A DNA stretch of 64,000 nt from Felis catus. Its lineage: Eukaryota. The notes beneath the pieces were generated by a model. That model saw only the letters and a program-made list of their open reading frames with translations, was not told the DNA's origin and made no database searches. The stretch is from the NCBI RefSeq assembly GCF_018350175.1, contig NC_058368.1, positions 223,636,001-223,700,000 on the forward strand. The letters run 5' to 3'. Position 1 is the stretch's first letter. Every line of letters begins with the position of its first letter. Both the position numbers and the translations under genes were made by a program. Shown here one piece after another: positions 39,111-51,735 of this stretch.

Positions 39111-39866
39111 GTCTCCTTGTAGCCCTTTAAAATATAATTTCCAGGTCATCATTGCAGGGCAGAAGCCCATGGGACCCTTCTAGCTGGAGGGCTGTTTCCC
39201 TTTCTGGATTGAAGCTTTTTCACTGTTTGGATCCTGTCAGAATTTCCTTTATATAATTGTCTGCTCGGCAGTGCCTTTTAAAAGTATGTCTTCATATTTT
39301 ATTAAATATTTGGAGTGTTTTGCACAAAGAGGCTTTTATGTTTTCTTTCTTTTTTTTAAGATATCATATTCCCTTGTTGCTAGAAAGAGAATTAGTTTGC
39401 ATTTCTACCCTCTTATTTTTAAACCCTCATTTCAGAACAATTCTCTAAAGGCCAGTGACCGATCATGCCAGCTGTATCTCAGAAGAAAACTGCTTGTTAT
39501 AATTCTATCAAACCTCAAATTAAAAGGACAGAAATGAAAAGGTAATGGTGAACCATATCCAACAATTTTTTAGCTTGAGAATATATTCTTTTCTGTCACT
39601 TGCTTCTTCTTTTTTTTTTAACTTTCAGATGGATATGGCAAATAACTAACCTTTAGTGAGGGTTTGAAGGGGTCATAAAGCAATTCTCTTTCATAGTATT
39701 TCATTACTGTCACTTCATAGGAGAAATTCTCATCACAGCTCACGCTTACCTTGGGAGCATTCTCCTTTCTTAATCCATGTAAAACTATGCTTTTACAAAA
39801 AAAAAGGATGAAGAACACTTTCTTAGCTCATTCACTCGGTTTCTTCCTGTGCTGAATATATGTATG

Positions 39867-39869
<3 letters not shown>

Positions 39870-39904
<35 letters not shown>
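39870..39904. repeat. (CA)n microsatellite
   Basis: Read directly from the sequence. Confidence 0.96.
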
Positions 39905-39906
<2 letters not shown>

Positions 39907-40247
39907 TAGTACTCCCTACAATCTTTAATCACAAATCCCTCCTAAACCACGTAAATAAATTCATTAGTATAATCATCCATTAAAATAATTCATAAAATTA
40001 CCTTTCATGTATGTTTTTAATTCTAAGTATTCAATATTTTAGGTTACATTTTCATTATTATATTACTAAACTCATTGTATTATGATCTGAGAACATGAAT
40101 ATATGAATATATATATGCATAATTTTTGAATATTTAAAACATTGTAGCCAATGGCCTGATAAATATTATTTTAAATACTCCACAGCTATACAAGAAAATG
40201 TATTTTAAGTTCAATGGATGTGATGTTTTATACATTGAAAAGTGTCT

Positions 40248-40476
40248 GGGGGCACCTGGGTGGCTCAGTCATTTGGGCATCTGACTTCAGCTCAGGTCAT
40301 GACCTCACAGTTTGTTGAGTTCAAGCCCCGTGCCAGGCTCTGTGCTGACAGCTCAGAGACTGGAGCCTGCTTTGGATTCTGTGTCTCCCTCTATCTCTGA
40401 TGCTCCCCCGTGTGCTCTCTGTCTCTCTCTCAAAAATAAACATTAAAAAAATTACAAAAAATAAAATATAAAAAAG
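40248..40476 (+). mobile_element. Can-SINE (SINEC)
   Basis: Consensus head, CT tract, A-rich tail. Confidence 0.94.
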
Positions 40477-41121
40477 AACAGTGGTTATATACTACAACAA
40501 GTACTTTTCTTTTTCCATGAGCAACCTTACGTGGTGTTCTGTTCAAGATCAGGTTTTAGTATTTTATATGAGAATTCTGATACTAAATCATTTCATTTTT
40601 TAATAATTTATTGTATCTAAATGGCAACTTGTCAGATTTCCTTGAATTTAAGATGTTTACTGGGAGTCCTTGAATTTGCATTGTTTTTCCACTGTTTTAG
40701 TTTTTCAAACTGAAGGCTTGGGCATTTCTCCATTTTGTGAGTATTGTCTTTAATTATTTAATTATCTCTCTCTTCCATCCGCTCCGTTTCTTATCATAAC
40801 AATATTTTTATTAGCATGTGTTATTGAAACTCTTATTCCTTCATATTTTTCTCTTTATATTTTTACTCTAAATGTTTAGATATTTCTTCAATTTGCTAAC
40901 AGAGGTCAGTAATTCAGGTATTGGTGGTGATTATCCACCTTCCAATTTGTCTGTTTTTTGGAGGTTTTTGTTGTTGATTTGAAGCTGCAGAAGGTCGTTG
41001 TATGATTCCTCTTGGCTCTTTTTAAATAGTGCCAACACAATTAATATGCAAATGTAGTCTCTCTCCTTCAGTGACTGTCTTGATTTAAACATTATATTTA
41101 GTGCCTCTATCTGTCTTTATA

Positions 41122-41547
41122 CCAGCGCTATCTAATAGAAATATAATGTGAAATAAAGTGTTAAAGTAATACACAAATATGCCAAACATTTACCTAAGCA
41201 TGAAAGATATGATTTTACATGTTGTTAGTTTCCATATTGAAAATAAGTAATAAGACAAAGGTGAATTTAATTTTGATAACATACCTTATTTAACTCAATA
41301 GATAGAAGATATCAATTATATCAAAGTGTCATTTTACTATGTAATCAATATAAATATTAATATGATACTTTATTTTATTTCTGTTACATGTTTTTAATGG
41401 TTGTATGTTTTATACTTAAAGCACATCTCAATTCAGTCATCAATGTTTCATCATTTAAAATGAAGTGTGATCTTCAGTCATGCTGGTCACATTTCAAGTG
41501 CTTAATAGTCAAATGTTTCTAGTGGCTACTATTTTAGACAATTCAAT
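41122..41547. mobile_element. hAT-Charlie fossil (MER33-like)
   Basis: 'cagcgctatctaatagaaatataatg' ... 'cacatttcaagtgcttaatagtc...tagtggctactattttagaca'. Confidence 0.75.
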
Positions 41548-42029
41548 TGTAGTACTTGGCCACTTTTATGTGTTGCTATTTGACTTTTTTTTTTTTTTCC
41601 TTGTATTAGTTGTGGGTCCTAGAGTGCGAGGAGAAAGTTTAATTCCATCTTCCTGCTTGTTAACAGGATTAGGGCAGGGAAACCTCAGCTGACCTATTTA
41701 CTTTCTTTCTTTTCAACTTTTGTGAGGCCAGAGACAATAGGAATTTTGAGGCAAGACCAATATCTTAGGTCCCTTGGGGCCAAGCTATGAAAAGATACAC
41801 ATAGACACACAGGCACGATAATATCACAAATATATATATATGAACAGAATTAGAGGAAATTTGACAGTCTTTAATGATAATCTTTTAGGAAACCAAGAAC
41901 AGAAGAGATTAAATTTAATGAAACCTCATTACTGAAAATAAAAGTAGAAATGATTAATTTTGTTGTGAAATCTATTAGAAGCAAGAGTAGGACACATCAC
42001 TAAAACTGCTCTTCAATATATGAAAAGTC

Positions 42030-42072
<43 letters not shown>

Positions 42073-42140
42073 AAAGAAGGAGGAAGGAAGGAAGGAAGGA
42101 AGGAAGGAAGGAAGGAAGGAAGGAAGGAAGGAAAGAAAAG
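42030..42140. repeat. (GAAA)n-(GGAA)n tetranucleotide repeat
   Basis: Read directly from the sequence. Confidence 0.97.
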
Positions 42141-42748
42141 AATTTTAATGACAAGAGTTGCAGAGGAAAGCTACCTTTTATTTGAGATAATTTTACCGTC
42201 CAAGTAGAGCATCTGAGAAAACCTAGAAACAACTTATTAATGGTTAAAAATTAGTAATATTGCTAGACATAAGTCAATGGGGGATAAATAAATACTTCTT
42301 TTTAAATAAAAATAAACAGTTTTTAGGTGCAATACAAATGAAAGAAGTTTTTATTCTAAATAAAATGAAGAATTCTCAATGCTTGTTTTTATTCCCTGAA
42401 ATCTGGATCATTTCCCTTGAAATTCATATTTGGATTCTACATAAATGTGACCTCCAGCAACTAATTACAGCACTCAATGTTTATGGTCCGATATTTCCAT
42501 ATTATAATATATAGAAAGATGACTTTGGGGAAATTGCAAGCATGAATGCAGCATATCACCAACTGTCAAATTTTGAATGTGCCTTCTAAACAGTTTTTCA
42601 CAAAATATATGTAATGCTTTATCCCTTAGCAATATACTCATTCTCATTGGGCTTTGGCTATCAATTTTGGACACTGCCTTGGTGGAAAGATGGATTCTGT
42701 GTCTTAAGCTTCTGTACTTGGTGGATCAACCAACATGTTTCTCCTTCT

Positions 42749-42970
42749 TTTTTAAAATTTTTTTTTTCAACGTTTATTTATTTTTGGGACAGAGAGAGAC
42801 AGAGCATGAACGGGGGAGGGGCAGAGAGAGAGGGAGACACAGAATCGGAAACAGCCTCCAGGCTCTGAGCCATCAGCCCAGAGCCTGACGTGGGGCTCGA
42901 ACTCACGGACCGTGAGATCATGACCTGGCTGAAGTCGGACGCTTAACCGACTGCGCCACCCAGGCGCCCC
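42749..42970 (-). mobile_element. Young feline SINE (SINEC_Fc-type)
   Basis: Near-consensus; perfect 17-bp TSD aacatgtttctccttct at 42732-42748 and 42971-42987. Confidence 0.97.
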
Positions 42971-43009
42971 AACATGTTTCTCCTTCTAATCAACAGTCTC
43001 AGATGTTCT

Positions 43010-43219
43010 TTTCTTTAAAATGTTTATTATTTACTTTTGAGAGACTGAGAAAGCACAAGCAGGGAGGGGCAAAGAGAGAGGGAGACACAGAATATGAACC
43101 AGGCTCCAGGCTCTGAGCTGTCACCACAGAACCCAATGCAGGGCTTGAACCTACAAGCCATGAGATCATGACCTGAGCATAACTTGTGCACTTCACTGAC
43201 TGAGCCCCCCAGGTGCCCC
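43010..43219 (-). mobile_element. Can-SINE (older), tandem to the previous copy
   Basis: Reverse-complement consensus; TSD cagtctcaga(t)gttct / cagtctcagaggttct. Confidence 0.94.
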
Positions 43220-43299
43220 TGCAGTCTCAGAGGTTCTATTGACAATGTATCAAGAGTAACCAAAAATTGTGATAATTTATCTCTGGATACTCTGTCATA

Positions 43300-43490
43300 G
43301 TACTAGTTAGTATAATATTCACTCACCAATAATGGAAATTTCTGTAATTTATGCTTCCCATTATGGTAGCCACAGCCATATAAAATTATTGTGTAACTGA
43401 GGAACTGAACCTTTAATTTTATTTAAGTTTATTGGTTTAAATTTGTATAGTTTTGATCATGACTCATGGCCCCTATATTAAATAGCACAG
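43300..43490. mobile_element. hAT-Charlie fossil (MER3-like)
   Basis: 'atggtagccac...gtgtaactgaggaactgaacctttaattttattta...tatattaaatagcacag'. Confidence 0.7.
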
Positions 43491-43535
43491 CTATAGACCA
43501 ACACAGCCAATAGAAAAAAAAAATGTATCATCTAT

Positions 43536-43706
43536 GGGGCACCTGTGTGGCTCCTCAGTTAAGCGTCCAACTTCAACTCATGATTCATGAATTCAAGCCC
43601 CTCACTGGGCTTTACTCCGACAACACAGAGCCTGCTTGGGATTCTCTCTCTCTTTGTCTCTCTCTGCCCCTCCCTACTCTCTTTCTCTCAAAATAAACTT
43701 TACAAT
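43536..43706 (+). mobile_element. Can-SINE (small internal deletion)
   Basis: Consensus head; TSD aaatgtatMatcta. Confidence 0.92.
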
Positions 43707-43775
43707 AAATGTATAATCTAGTGGTGGATTCCACGTTTAAACATTAATATGCCCTTTTAAATTGTGTCTTGTTTT

Positions 43776-45330
43776 ACTCTGAATAGCCAAACTAATGTTG
43801 AAAAGAAAAAAAAAAAAAAAAAAGCTGGCGGCATCATAAGCCTGAACTTTTGTATCACAAAATTGTAATTATCAAGACAGTATGGTAGTGGCACACAGAC
43901 ACATAGATCAGTGTAACAGAATAGAGAATCCAGAAATGGACCCAAAAATGTGTGCCCAACTAATCGCTGACAAAACAGGAAAGAGTATCCAATGGAAAAA
44001 GGACAGTATCTTCAGCAAATGGTGCTGGGAAAACTGGACAGTGACATGCAGAAGAATGAACCTGGACCACTTTCTTACACCATATACAAAAATAAACTCA
44101 AAATGGATGAAAGACATAAATGTGAGACAGGAAGCCATCGAAATCCTAGAGGAGAACACAGGCAGCAACCTCTTTGATTTCCACCACAGCAACTTCTTAC
44201 TTGACCTGTCCCCAGAGGCAAAGGAAACAAAAGCAAAAATGAACTATTGTGACCTACCTCGTCAAGATAAAAAACTTCTGCACCGGAATGAAACAATCAC
44301 CAAAACTAAAAGGCAACTGACAGAATTGGAGAAGATATTTGCAAATAACATGTCAGATAAATTTAGGGTTAATATCCAAAATATATAAAGAACTTATCAA
44401 ACTCAACACCCAAAAAACAAATTATTCAGTGAGTAAATGGGCAAAAGACATGAATAGATACTTTTCCAAAGAAGACATCCAAGTGGTTAACAGGCACATG
44501 AAAAGATGCTCAACATCACTCATCATCAGGGAAACACAAATCAAAACCATGATGAGATACCACTTTGCACATGTCACAATGGATGAAATTAACAACACGA
44601 GAAACAATAGATGTCGGTGAGGATGTAGAGATAGGGGAACCCTCTTACACTGCTGGTGGGAATGCAAACTAGTGCAACCGCTCTGGAAAACAGTATGGGG
44701 GTATCTCAAAAAATTAAAATAAAACTACGCTGTGACCCAGCAATTGCACTACTAGGTATTTATCCAAAGGGTACAGGTGTGCTGTTTCAAAGGGGCACAT
44801 GCACCATAATGTTTATAGTAGCACTATCAACAATAGCCGAAATATGGAAATACCCATCGATTGATGAATGGATAAAGGATATGCGGTATATGTACACAGT
44901 GGAAATATTACTTGGTGATCAAAAAGAATGAAATCTTACCATTTGCAACAACATGGTTGGAACTAGAGTGCATTACATTATGGGAGATAAGTCAGCCAGA
45001 GAAATACACAAATCATATGATTTCACTTATATGTGGAATTTAAGAAATAAAACAGATGAACATAGGGGAAAGAAGGCAAAAATAAGATAAAAACATTGAG
45101 GGAGACAAGCCATAAGAACCTCTTCAATACAGACAACAAACTGAAGGTTGCTGGAGGGGTATTGGGTGGGGGGATGGGCTAAATGGGTGATGGACATTAA
45201 GGAGGGCACAGTTGGGATGAGCACTGGGTGTTATATGTAAGCGATGAATCACTAAATTCTATTCCTGAAATCATTATTGCACTAATGATTAAATGACTTG
45301 GATTTACATTTTTTTAAATGTCATTAAAAA
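43776..45330 (+). mobile_element. 5'-truncated carnivore L1 (ORF2 C-terminus plus 3' UTR), inactive
   Basis: ORFs 43882-44388, 44339-44620 and 44656-44931 are frameshifted pieces of ORF2p ([34 protein letters not shown]). There is a stop inside the Cys-rich motif at 44618-44620, a G-rich 3' UTR, and a degenerate TSD tgtgtcttgtttt / tgtgtccagtttt. Confidence 0.96.
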
Positions 45331-45874
45331 GAATGTGTCCAGTTTTGATCTTTATGGAAATAATCTCACCTTTCATAGATTAAAATAAGGAAGCATTTTC
45401 TTTCCAACCCAAAATGTATTGATTTGACTATAGTATCATCAAAGTATGCTTACACAGGTTGACTAAACAAATAAGCCAAGAAACTCTTCAAGGACACAAA
45501 AATATTTGCTGGGAAAGCAGAACTTATTTGTCCTTACCTGGAGTATACATAGATTTTGTGTCTTGCTGCTATGTGAATCCCTACTTAACAACCCATGATA
45601 TAGACATGGTTACTCTTTCAAACGTAAAAAAATTAGGAAAAATGGGTAAGTGTATGCCCATTCCTTCCCTTCATAATCGGCAGAAATAATATGATGCCAC
45701 ATATGATATTGTTTTAGTCATACAAATTCATCTTATTTATGTTTATATCTCCAAATAGTCTATGAATTATAGAAATCATCTAGATTTAAGCCAAACAAAT
45801 TACATTTTTGAAAAAATTTCCCTGGGCAATAACTATCATGAGAACTTAAATTCACTTGTTTCCCAATAGCTACA

Positions 45875-45976
45875 GATATATATATAGAGAGAGAGATAGA
45901 TAGATATAGATATACACAGATATCTATCTATCTATCTATCTATCTCTCTATCTATATATATCTATATATATATATT
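45875..45976. repeat. Compound (TA)/(GA)/(GATA)-(TATC) microsatellite
   Basis: Read directly from the sequence. Confidence 0.9.
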
Positions 45977-46043
45977 AGTTTACAAATCTACTGAGATATA
46001 ACTGACATAAATAAAGTTCACATGTTTAAAACGTTCTTTGGGG

Positions 46044-46272
46044 GGGGCACCCGGGTGGCTCAGTCAGTTAAGCATCTGACTGTTGACTTTGGCTTAGTTC
46101 ATGATACCAAGGTCATGAGATGGAGCCCCATGTTGGGCTTTGCACTGAGCGGGGAGCCTGCTTAACTTCCTCTCTTCCTCTCCTTTTGCCCCTCCCTCAC
46201 TTGTGCGCATGCATTGCACTCTCCCTCTCTCTCTCAAAACAAATAACTAAACAAGCAACCACAAATAAATAA
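46044..46272 (+). mobile_element. Can-SINE inserted into an old antisense L1 3' end
   Basis: Consensus head; flanks 'tgagatataactgacata' and 'tgataagttttga' are L1M 3'-end-like. Confidence 0.9.
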
Positions 46273-46961
46273 AGTGTTCATCTTGATAAGTTTTGATATA
46301 TACATAATCCTTTTAATCATTCCCACAATCAAAATGCCAAATTGTCTGCTCACGTTTAACTGCATATTTAATGGAAAAATTATCTGAAGTGAAAGTCAGA
46401 TTTTACACTTCTACAAGTTTTACAAGTTTTGTAAAAATCTTACGAGTGTTAACAATTGTATATTCTGCATGGAATAACATAAAGGGAAGCTCCACTACCA
46501 ATGGAAAATAATATCAATAGTTTCTCGCCTGTAATGTTTAATATCCAAACTTAGAGAACCACCATGCTAAATCACTAAATCACCACAGTATGCTGAGGAG
46601 ATTGAAAATAATCCCTTGTCAACCAGTGCTAATTTCATTTAGCTACGTCACCCAGTATAGTCAGCTTATGCTACATAAGCGTTCATAGAATAGAGTTCAA
46701 GGCTCTTAACGACAGAAAGAAAATTGGCTCTTTGCACAAAGAAGACAAACTTATGAGAGAAGTCATTTTACGTGTCCCTGAGGAACAAATTAATCCATAA
46801 ATGTTGGAAAATGGCCGTTCTGAAGAACATAGGACTTCATTTTAGTAAATGAGAGTGGAAATGTACAATAAGAAATGTTATGTCTTTTAGAATTTCTGTG
46901 TGGACTCATATAATTCAATTCATTAGAATTTTTATTAAATAGATGCTTATGTATGTACGCC

Positions 46962-46966
<5 letters not shown>

Positions 46967-46996
<30 letters not shown>
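46967..46996. repeat. (TG)n microsatellite
   Basis: Read directly from the sequence. Confidence 0.95.
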
Positions 46997-46998
<2 letters not shown>

Positions 46999-47394
46999 TA
47001 GAGATTGTTGACAATATTCCATGATTCACTTGCCTTTCCTGAACTCCAGTTACTTCTATACATTATTTTGTAAAGGGGTTGAGTACATTCAGTCCTCTGA
47101 AACATCACATAAACATTATAGCAAAAATCATTACTGTCAAGGGATAACATCTGTCTAGCCTCTTGCAAATTATAAAAAATATCCTTGATTAATAACTTTT
47201 AAAGTAGGCAGAAAAAAATTTTGTTTTAAATTTTTAATGTTTTTCTTTTAAACTTTATTATAGAGGAAACTGAAAATCTAGAATGAAAAAAAAATCACAA
47301 GGGATGTAACAGGAATGAACTAGAGAAAAATTCTCTTTCTCAAACCATGGATTCTGTTCTCTTCATTGTTAATTCAATTTAACTTGGCTTTCAA

Positions 47395-47613
47395 TTTTTT
47401 TTTCAACGTTTTATTTATTTTTTTTGGGGGGACAGAGAGAGACAGAGCATGAACAGGGGAGGGGCAGAGAGAGAGGGAGACACAGAATCGGAAACGGGCT
47501 CCAGGCTCTGAGCCATCAGCCCAGAGCCTGACGCGGGGCTCGAACTCACGGACCGCGAGATCGTGACCTGGCTGAAGTCGGACGCTTAACCGACTGCGCC
47601 ACCCAGGCGCCCC
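47395..47613 (-). mobile_element. Very young feline SINE (SINEC_Fc-type)
   Basis: CpGs intact; perfect 16-bp TSD ttaacttggctttcaa at 47379-47394 and 47614-47629. Confidence 0.97.
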
Positions 47614-47911
47614 TTAACTTGGCTTTCAAATATAGAGCCATGGGATGTAAATAACCAAATGCCTAATGGCTAATAGTACCTTGGCAAACAATCAGACGAT
47701 GATATGAAAATGGCATGATACAATGGAAAGAATATCACACTGTAAACAAGGAACAAGACTGTGGTCCTAACTCCCCGATGACAAGCTATGTGCTATAACA
47801 TCACTGTTAATACAACTGGGTGTAAGTCTACTCATCTTTAAAGAGCATAGTTAAGGCTTATGATCTCTGTTAGTTGATACTTCAAAAATTCTACAGTTTT
47901 TAAAAATTTCC

Positions 47912-47969
47912 TTATCTGACTTCACTCAATTCAAGGTATTTTATCTGACTTCACTCAATTCAAGGTATT
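47912..47969. repeat. Perfect 29-bp tandem duplication
   Basis: ttatctgacttcactcaattcaaggtatt occurs twice in a row. Confidence 0.95.
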
Positions 47970-48507
47970 TTATTTTAAACATTTAATCATCAGTGTCATG
48001 AAAGAGGTTAGATATTCCTAAGGATGCACACCCACGAACTTTAATTCTTTCATTAACATGCTCATTTTCAGAGATCTGGATACTTAATTTTTCTGAAAAC
48101 GTTCTTGGAAATTCAGTGTTTGCTCTCTATAGGCAGATGCAAGTATGCTCAAATGTGTGAATCTATTCTGAAATTTTTACTTCATTTTGCCATAAATGGT
48201 TTGTGATACTTCAGTATCTGTGATTACTTTTTAGGTTAGGAAGAATATGACTAATGACTCGTTACCATCTGTGCAATCCGATGTCATGTATAATTCCTTG
48301 AAGTAATAAGTGATACTTACCAGTGTCTCAAATTCAGCATCTTGAATGGATTATGAGAGCATTAAGAAACTAAAACCTTACGTACCAGTGGGAATATCAC
48401 ATATCAGTTTTCTCAGAACTGAATTCCAAAAAGTCTTGCACAAACTCTCCATGATAGTCAAGTGAACATGTTACAAAAATGAACGTGCTTAAAGAAGTGA
48501 GTGTGTA

Positions 48508-48627
48508 GGGGGACTAGCTGACTCAGTGGATGGAGCATATGACCTTTGATCTTGGGGTTGTAAGTTCAAGCCCCATTGTTGGGTGTAGAGAGTACCTAAA
48601 GGTAAAATCATAGAATCTAAAAAAAAT
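48508..48627 (+). mobile_element. Short old-type Can-SINE (tRNA-derived, no CT tract)
   Basis: A/B-box-like 'ctgactcagtgg...gttcaagcccc' followed by 'gggtgtagag...aaaatc' and an A tail. Confidence 0.8.
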
Positions 48628-51012
48628 GACTATGTGAATATGAGGAAAATTAACAATATTGACAAATTCTCCCATGATGACATCAAACAAAGCTATTTAT
48701 TAAAATGGAATACATAAATCTTAATAAGGAAAACATCAAAAAAGGCTGGGCACAACATTTCCTGGACTTTACCTCAGTTGTACTAATGAAGGGTTTAGTG
48801 TTTCTCAGTTTGGGGTTTGTCTCTCTTGTTTTTCACACAGATGTCCCTTTCTGTGAGAAGTAAACTCTAGTTTTTCACATAAATACCAAAATCTGTGCAG
48901 TTTGTAGCCAAGTGCTCGTCAGTTATTGGACACATAATTGTATGCTCTTTGTTCACACGCGTGGCCCATAACTGAATTTCATTCTCAAGTTTGGGGAAAT
49001 TTCAATTTAATAATTTACAGACTGTATCTTAGATCACTTAGATTTAGTTCCAGGTGGATGTCACTAATAGATGTGACAGTGACAGTTTTAAATGGCTTAT
49101 AACTAAAAGTAGTAAGTTTTATGTCTTGAACATTTTGGTGTTGAGTTTATTAATTTTCCTCACCTGATTAATGGAATATTTCTTAAACTTGGTAACATTG
49201 CGTGCTAAGAATGTGGCCACACAGTCTATTGATTCCAGATGAAGAACCAAACTCCATGACATTCCAACTATGGTATTTCAGACATGGCAGAGTTCAGGAT
49301 CGGCTACTTGTGTCTGAAGACAGCCATGTGTTTTGAGGGTTTTAGATAAAGCAAAGTGCTCATGCTGAACAATCAATACTCTGGGTGCTCTGGTTTCAAA
49401 ATTTGGTTGCAAATGATATGGCTTAGAAGGGACATATGAAGTGTTCTGAAAACCAATAAAGTACTAGGTGATGTAGATTGTTTCACTTAATCTGCATAAT
49501 GAGCTGATGAGTTAGGTATTAATATTTTTATAGGGATTTAGGTAAAAAATCTTACCCCAAATCCTACAGCTTTTGCTTGGAAACACTGAGATTTACGACC
49601 TGGATTTCTGACTCTGCAAAGCTATGATTACATATGCTCAGCATTTCTCTTAGAAAGAAAATAATCAAACAATTAATATTTACTAAGTTGGAATCAAAAT
49701 ATGAGCTACAAGTCAGTCCATAATTCTTAATATAGGCCACCTTTCTTCAAATGAGATGTAGATGAGAGTCAGTGTATTAGAGATTGTAGCATGGGTTTTA
49801 GGATTCTATTAAACTACAAAACTGTACCCAATTAAGACCACATTCTTTACCATTAGTATATATCCCCTTTGTCCAACATAACAGAAAAGTGAATTTATTT
49901 CATCACATACTTTTTAATGTGTTCTGTTATTTGACAGAAATTATCCCCAGAACTTGACATTTTAAAAATGCAGGTAATTATGTTTTATAATGAGGAAATT
50001 TTCAACTGCCATGATGGACCTCAGAATGGAAATTACTGAACACATTGACTATTAAATTAGCACCCTGCCTTTAGAACATGGATAATTTTAATGTTCCTTC
50101 ATTATTAAATTTAACCATAAGCAAAATACATACATGTTTGTTCCTCAATGTTTTCAGAAAGATGGATAAATATATGTACTAGTATTATCAAATAGAATCC
50201 AGAAGAAGAAAAATAAATCCTAAAGACAGAGTACTGGCACTAAAAATTAAATGTGAACGTGTCATTAAAAAATCGTCAGAGTATGCAGTGTGGAAGCAAT
50301 TGGTCACATAATTCTCTTAGTTACACTTACATACAGGTACTAATCATTACCATGGTGACATTTTCCTTTTGAAGGTAGCAATATGTACTTATGGTTAAAA
50401 ATTTAAAATAATAAAACATATACAAATGAATATTTATGTCTAAATACAAACTTTGTATGTATATTAATAGATCCATGCATGTCCCAGTAGCTTGCTAACG
50501 TACATCATAAGGAAAGAAAAACAATCAAAGCATTTATGAATTAACCTCTAATTACTTGGGAAACGATTTAGTTGTTCTTCTAATAATCAATAATTTTAAA
50601 TATAAGAACTTGTACATAAAGGTCATTTTTCTGGTGAAGATTATCCTATACTTATTTTTTTGGTTTTCCAGAAAATATATCAAAACTGCCAGCCTTTTGA
50701 AAGCATGATATTCTACTTGTACTGCTAACTTGAGAAACTGTGTTCTTTGCCCTTTGTTCAAACTTTATTACAGGCCCTTTAATCAAGATTTTTGTGCCCT
50801 GTTCCAACTGTAGTTACAAAACAAGCCAGAGAACCCTACTGTTATAAAGGGAGTAGCAACTGATAAATGACAGACACAATAGCTGTGCCCATAAAGAAAC
50901 AATGATGTCATAGTACATCGTATCCGAATAATTACTTGACCTTTGGGAATAAAAGTATTTTTTCCAGATATTATTGGAGGAAAGTGAATGTTTTTAAAAA
51001 CCATAAATTATT

Positions 51013-51205
51013 GGGGTGCCAGGGTGGCTCAGTCAGCTAAGTGCCCGACTCTGGATTTCCACTCAGGTCAAGATCGCATGGTTCATGGGATTGAGCCCTA
51101 CAATGGGCTCTGCACTGACAGCGGGAAGCCTATTTGGAATTCTCTCTCTCCCTCCTTCTCTGCCTCTCCACACTCACTCTCTCTCTCAAAATAAATAAAA
51201 ATAAA
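51013..51205 (+). mobile_element. Can-SINE with tail-derived (TA)n to about 51305
   Basis: Consensus head, CT tract, AT tail. Confidence 0.92.
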
Positions 51206-51238
51206 CATATAAATATATAAATATAAATAATATATTAT

Positions 51239-51282
<44 letters not shown>

Positions 51283-51599
51283 CCATTATATATAATATAT
51301 ATATCAAAGAGTGTGAGACTTGCCCAACACATGACTTCTGACCACATGAAGTGTTTAAGTTCATCATAGACAAGGAGACAGAGTAGACAGAGAAAGGTAT
51401 CTAAGGTAGAAATAAATAAAACATTCATTGTATTATCATTCAATGAAAATAGGGTTTCATATAAATTATGTTCATTTTTGACATTTTATCAATTTTCACT
51501 GCTAAACTATTGATATGATCTTCATATGCAATGATCACTTAAAGTGGAATTTTTATGGGGAAAAATCCCAGATTTTAATATAGAAAGATTTAAAAACAA

Positions 51600-51735
51600 T
51601 AGTGTTCCAAATCAAAGGTTGTGAAATTGGGAATGGGTTGATATTAGAGAAAAATGTATGAAAAGTCTGTAGAACTGATCTGCATTGTCTTTGCAACTTT
51701 TCTGTACATCTAAAATTATTTTGTATTGATTTTTT
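51600..51735 (+). mobile_element. Old L1 (L1MD/MC-like) 3' end fragment
   Basis: 'tgtctttgcaacttttctgtacatctaaaattatt'. Confidence 0.6.

Noticed and set aside
38945..39130. Poly-Ser/poly-Phe ORF and other low-complexity ORFs
   Set aside because: Translations of microsatellites.
43882..44931. Three overlapping ORFs as a host gene or active L1
   Set aside because: They are frameshifted, stop-containing pieces of a 5'-truncated L1 ORF2 lacking the EN and RT domains.
45152..45190. G-quadruplex-like G runs
   Set aside because: Standard G-rich tract of the L1 3' UTR; not locus-specific.
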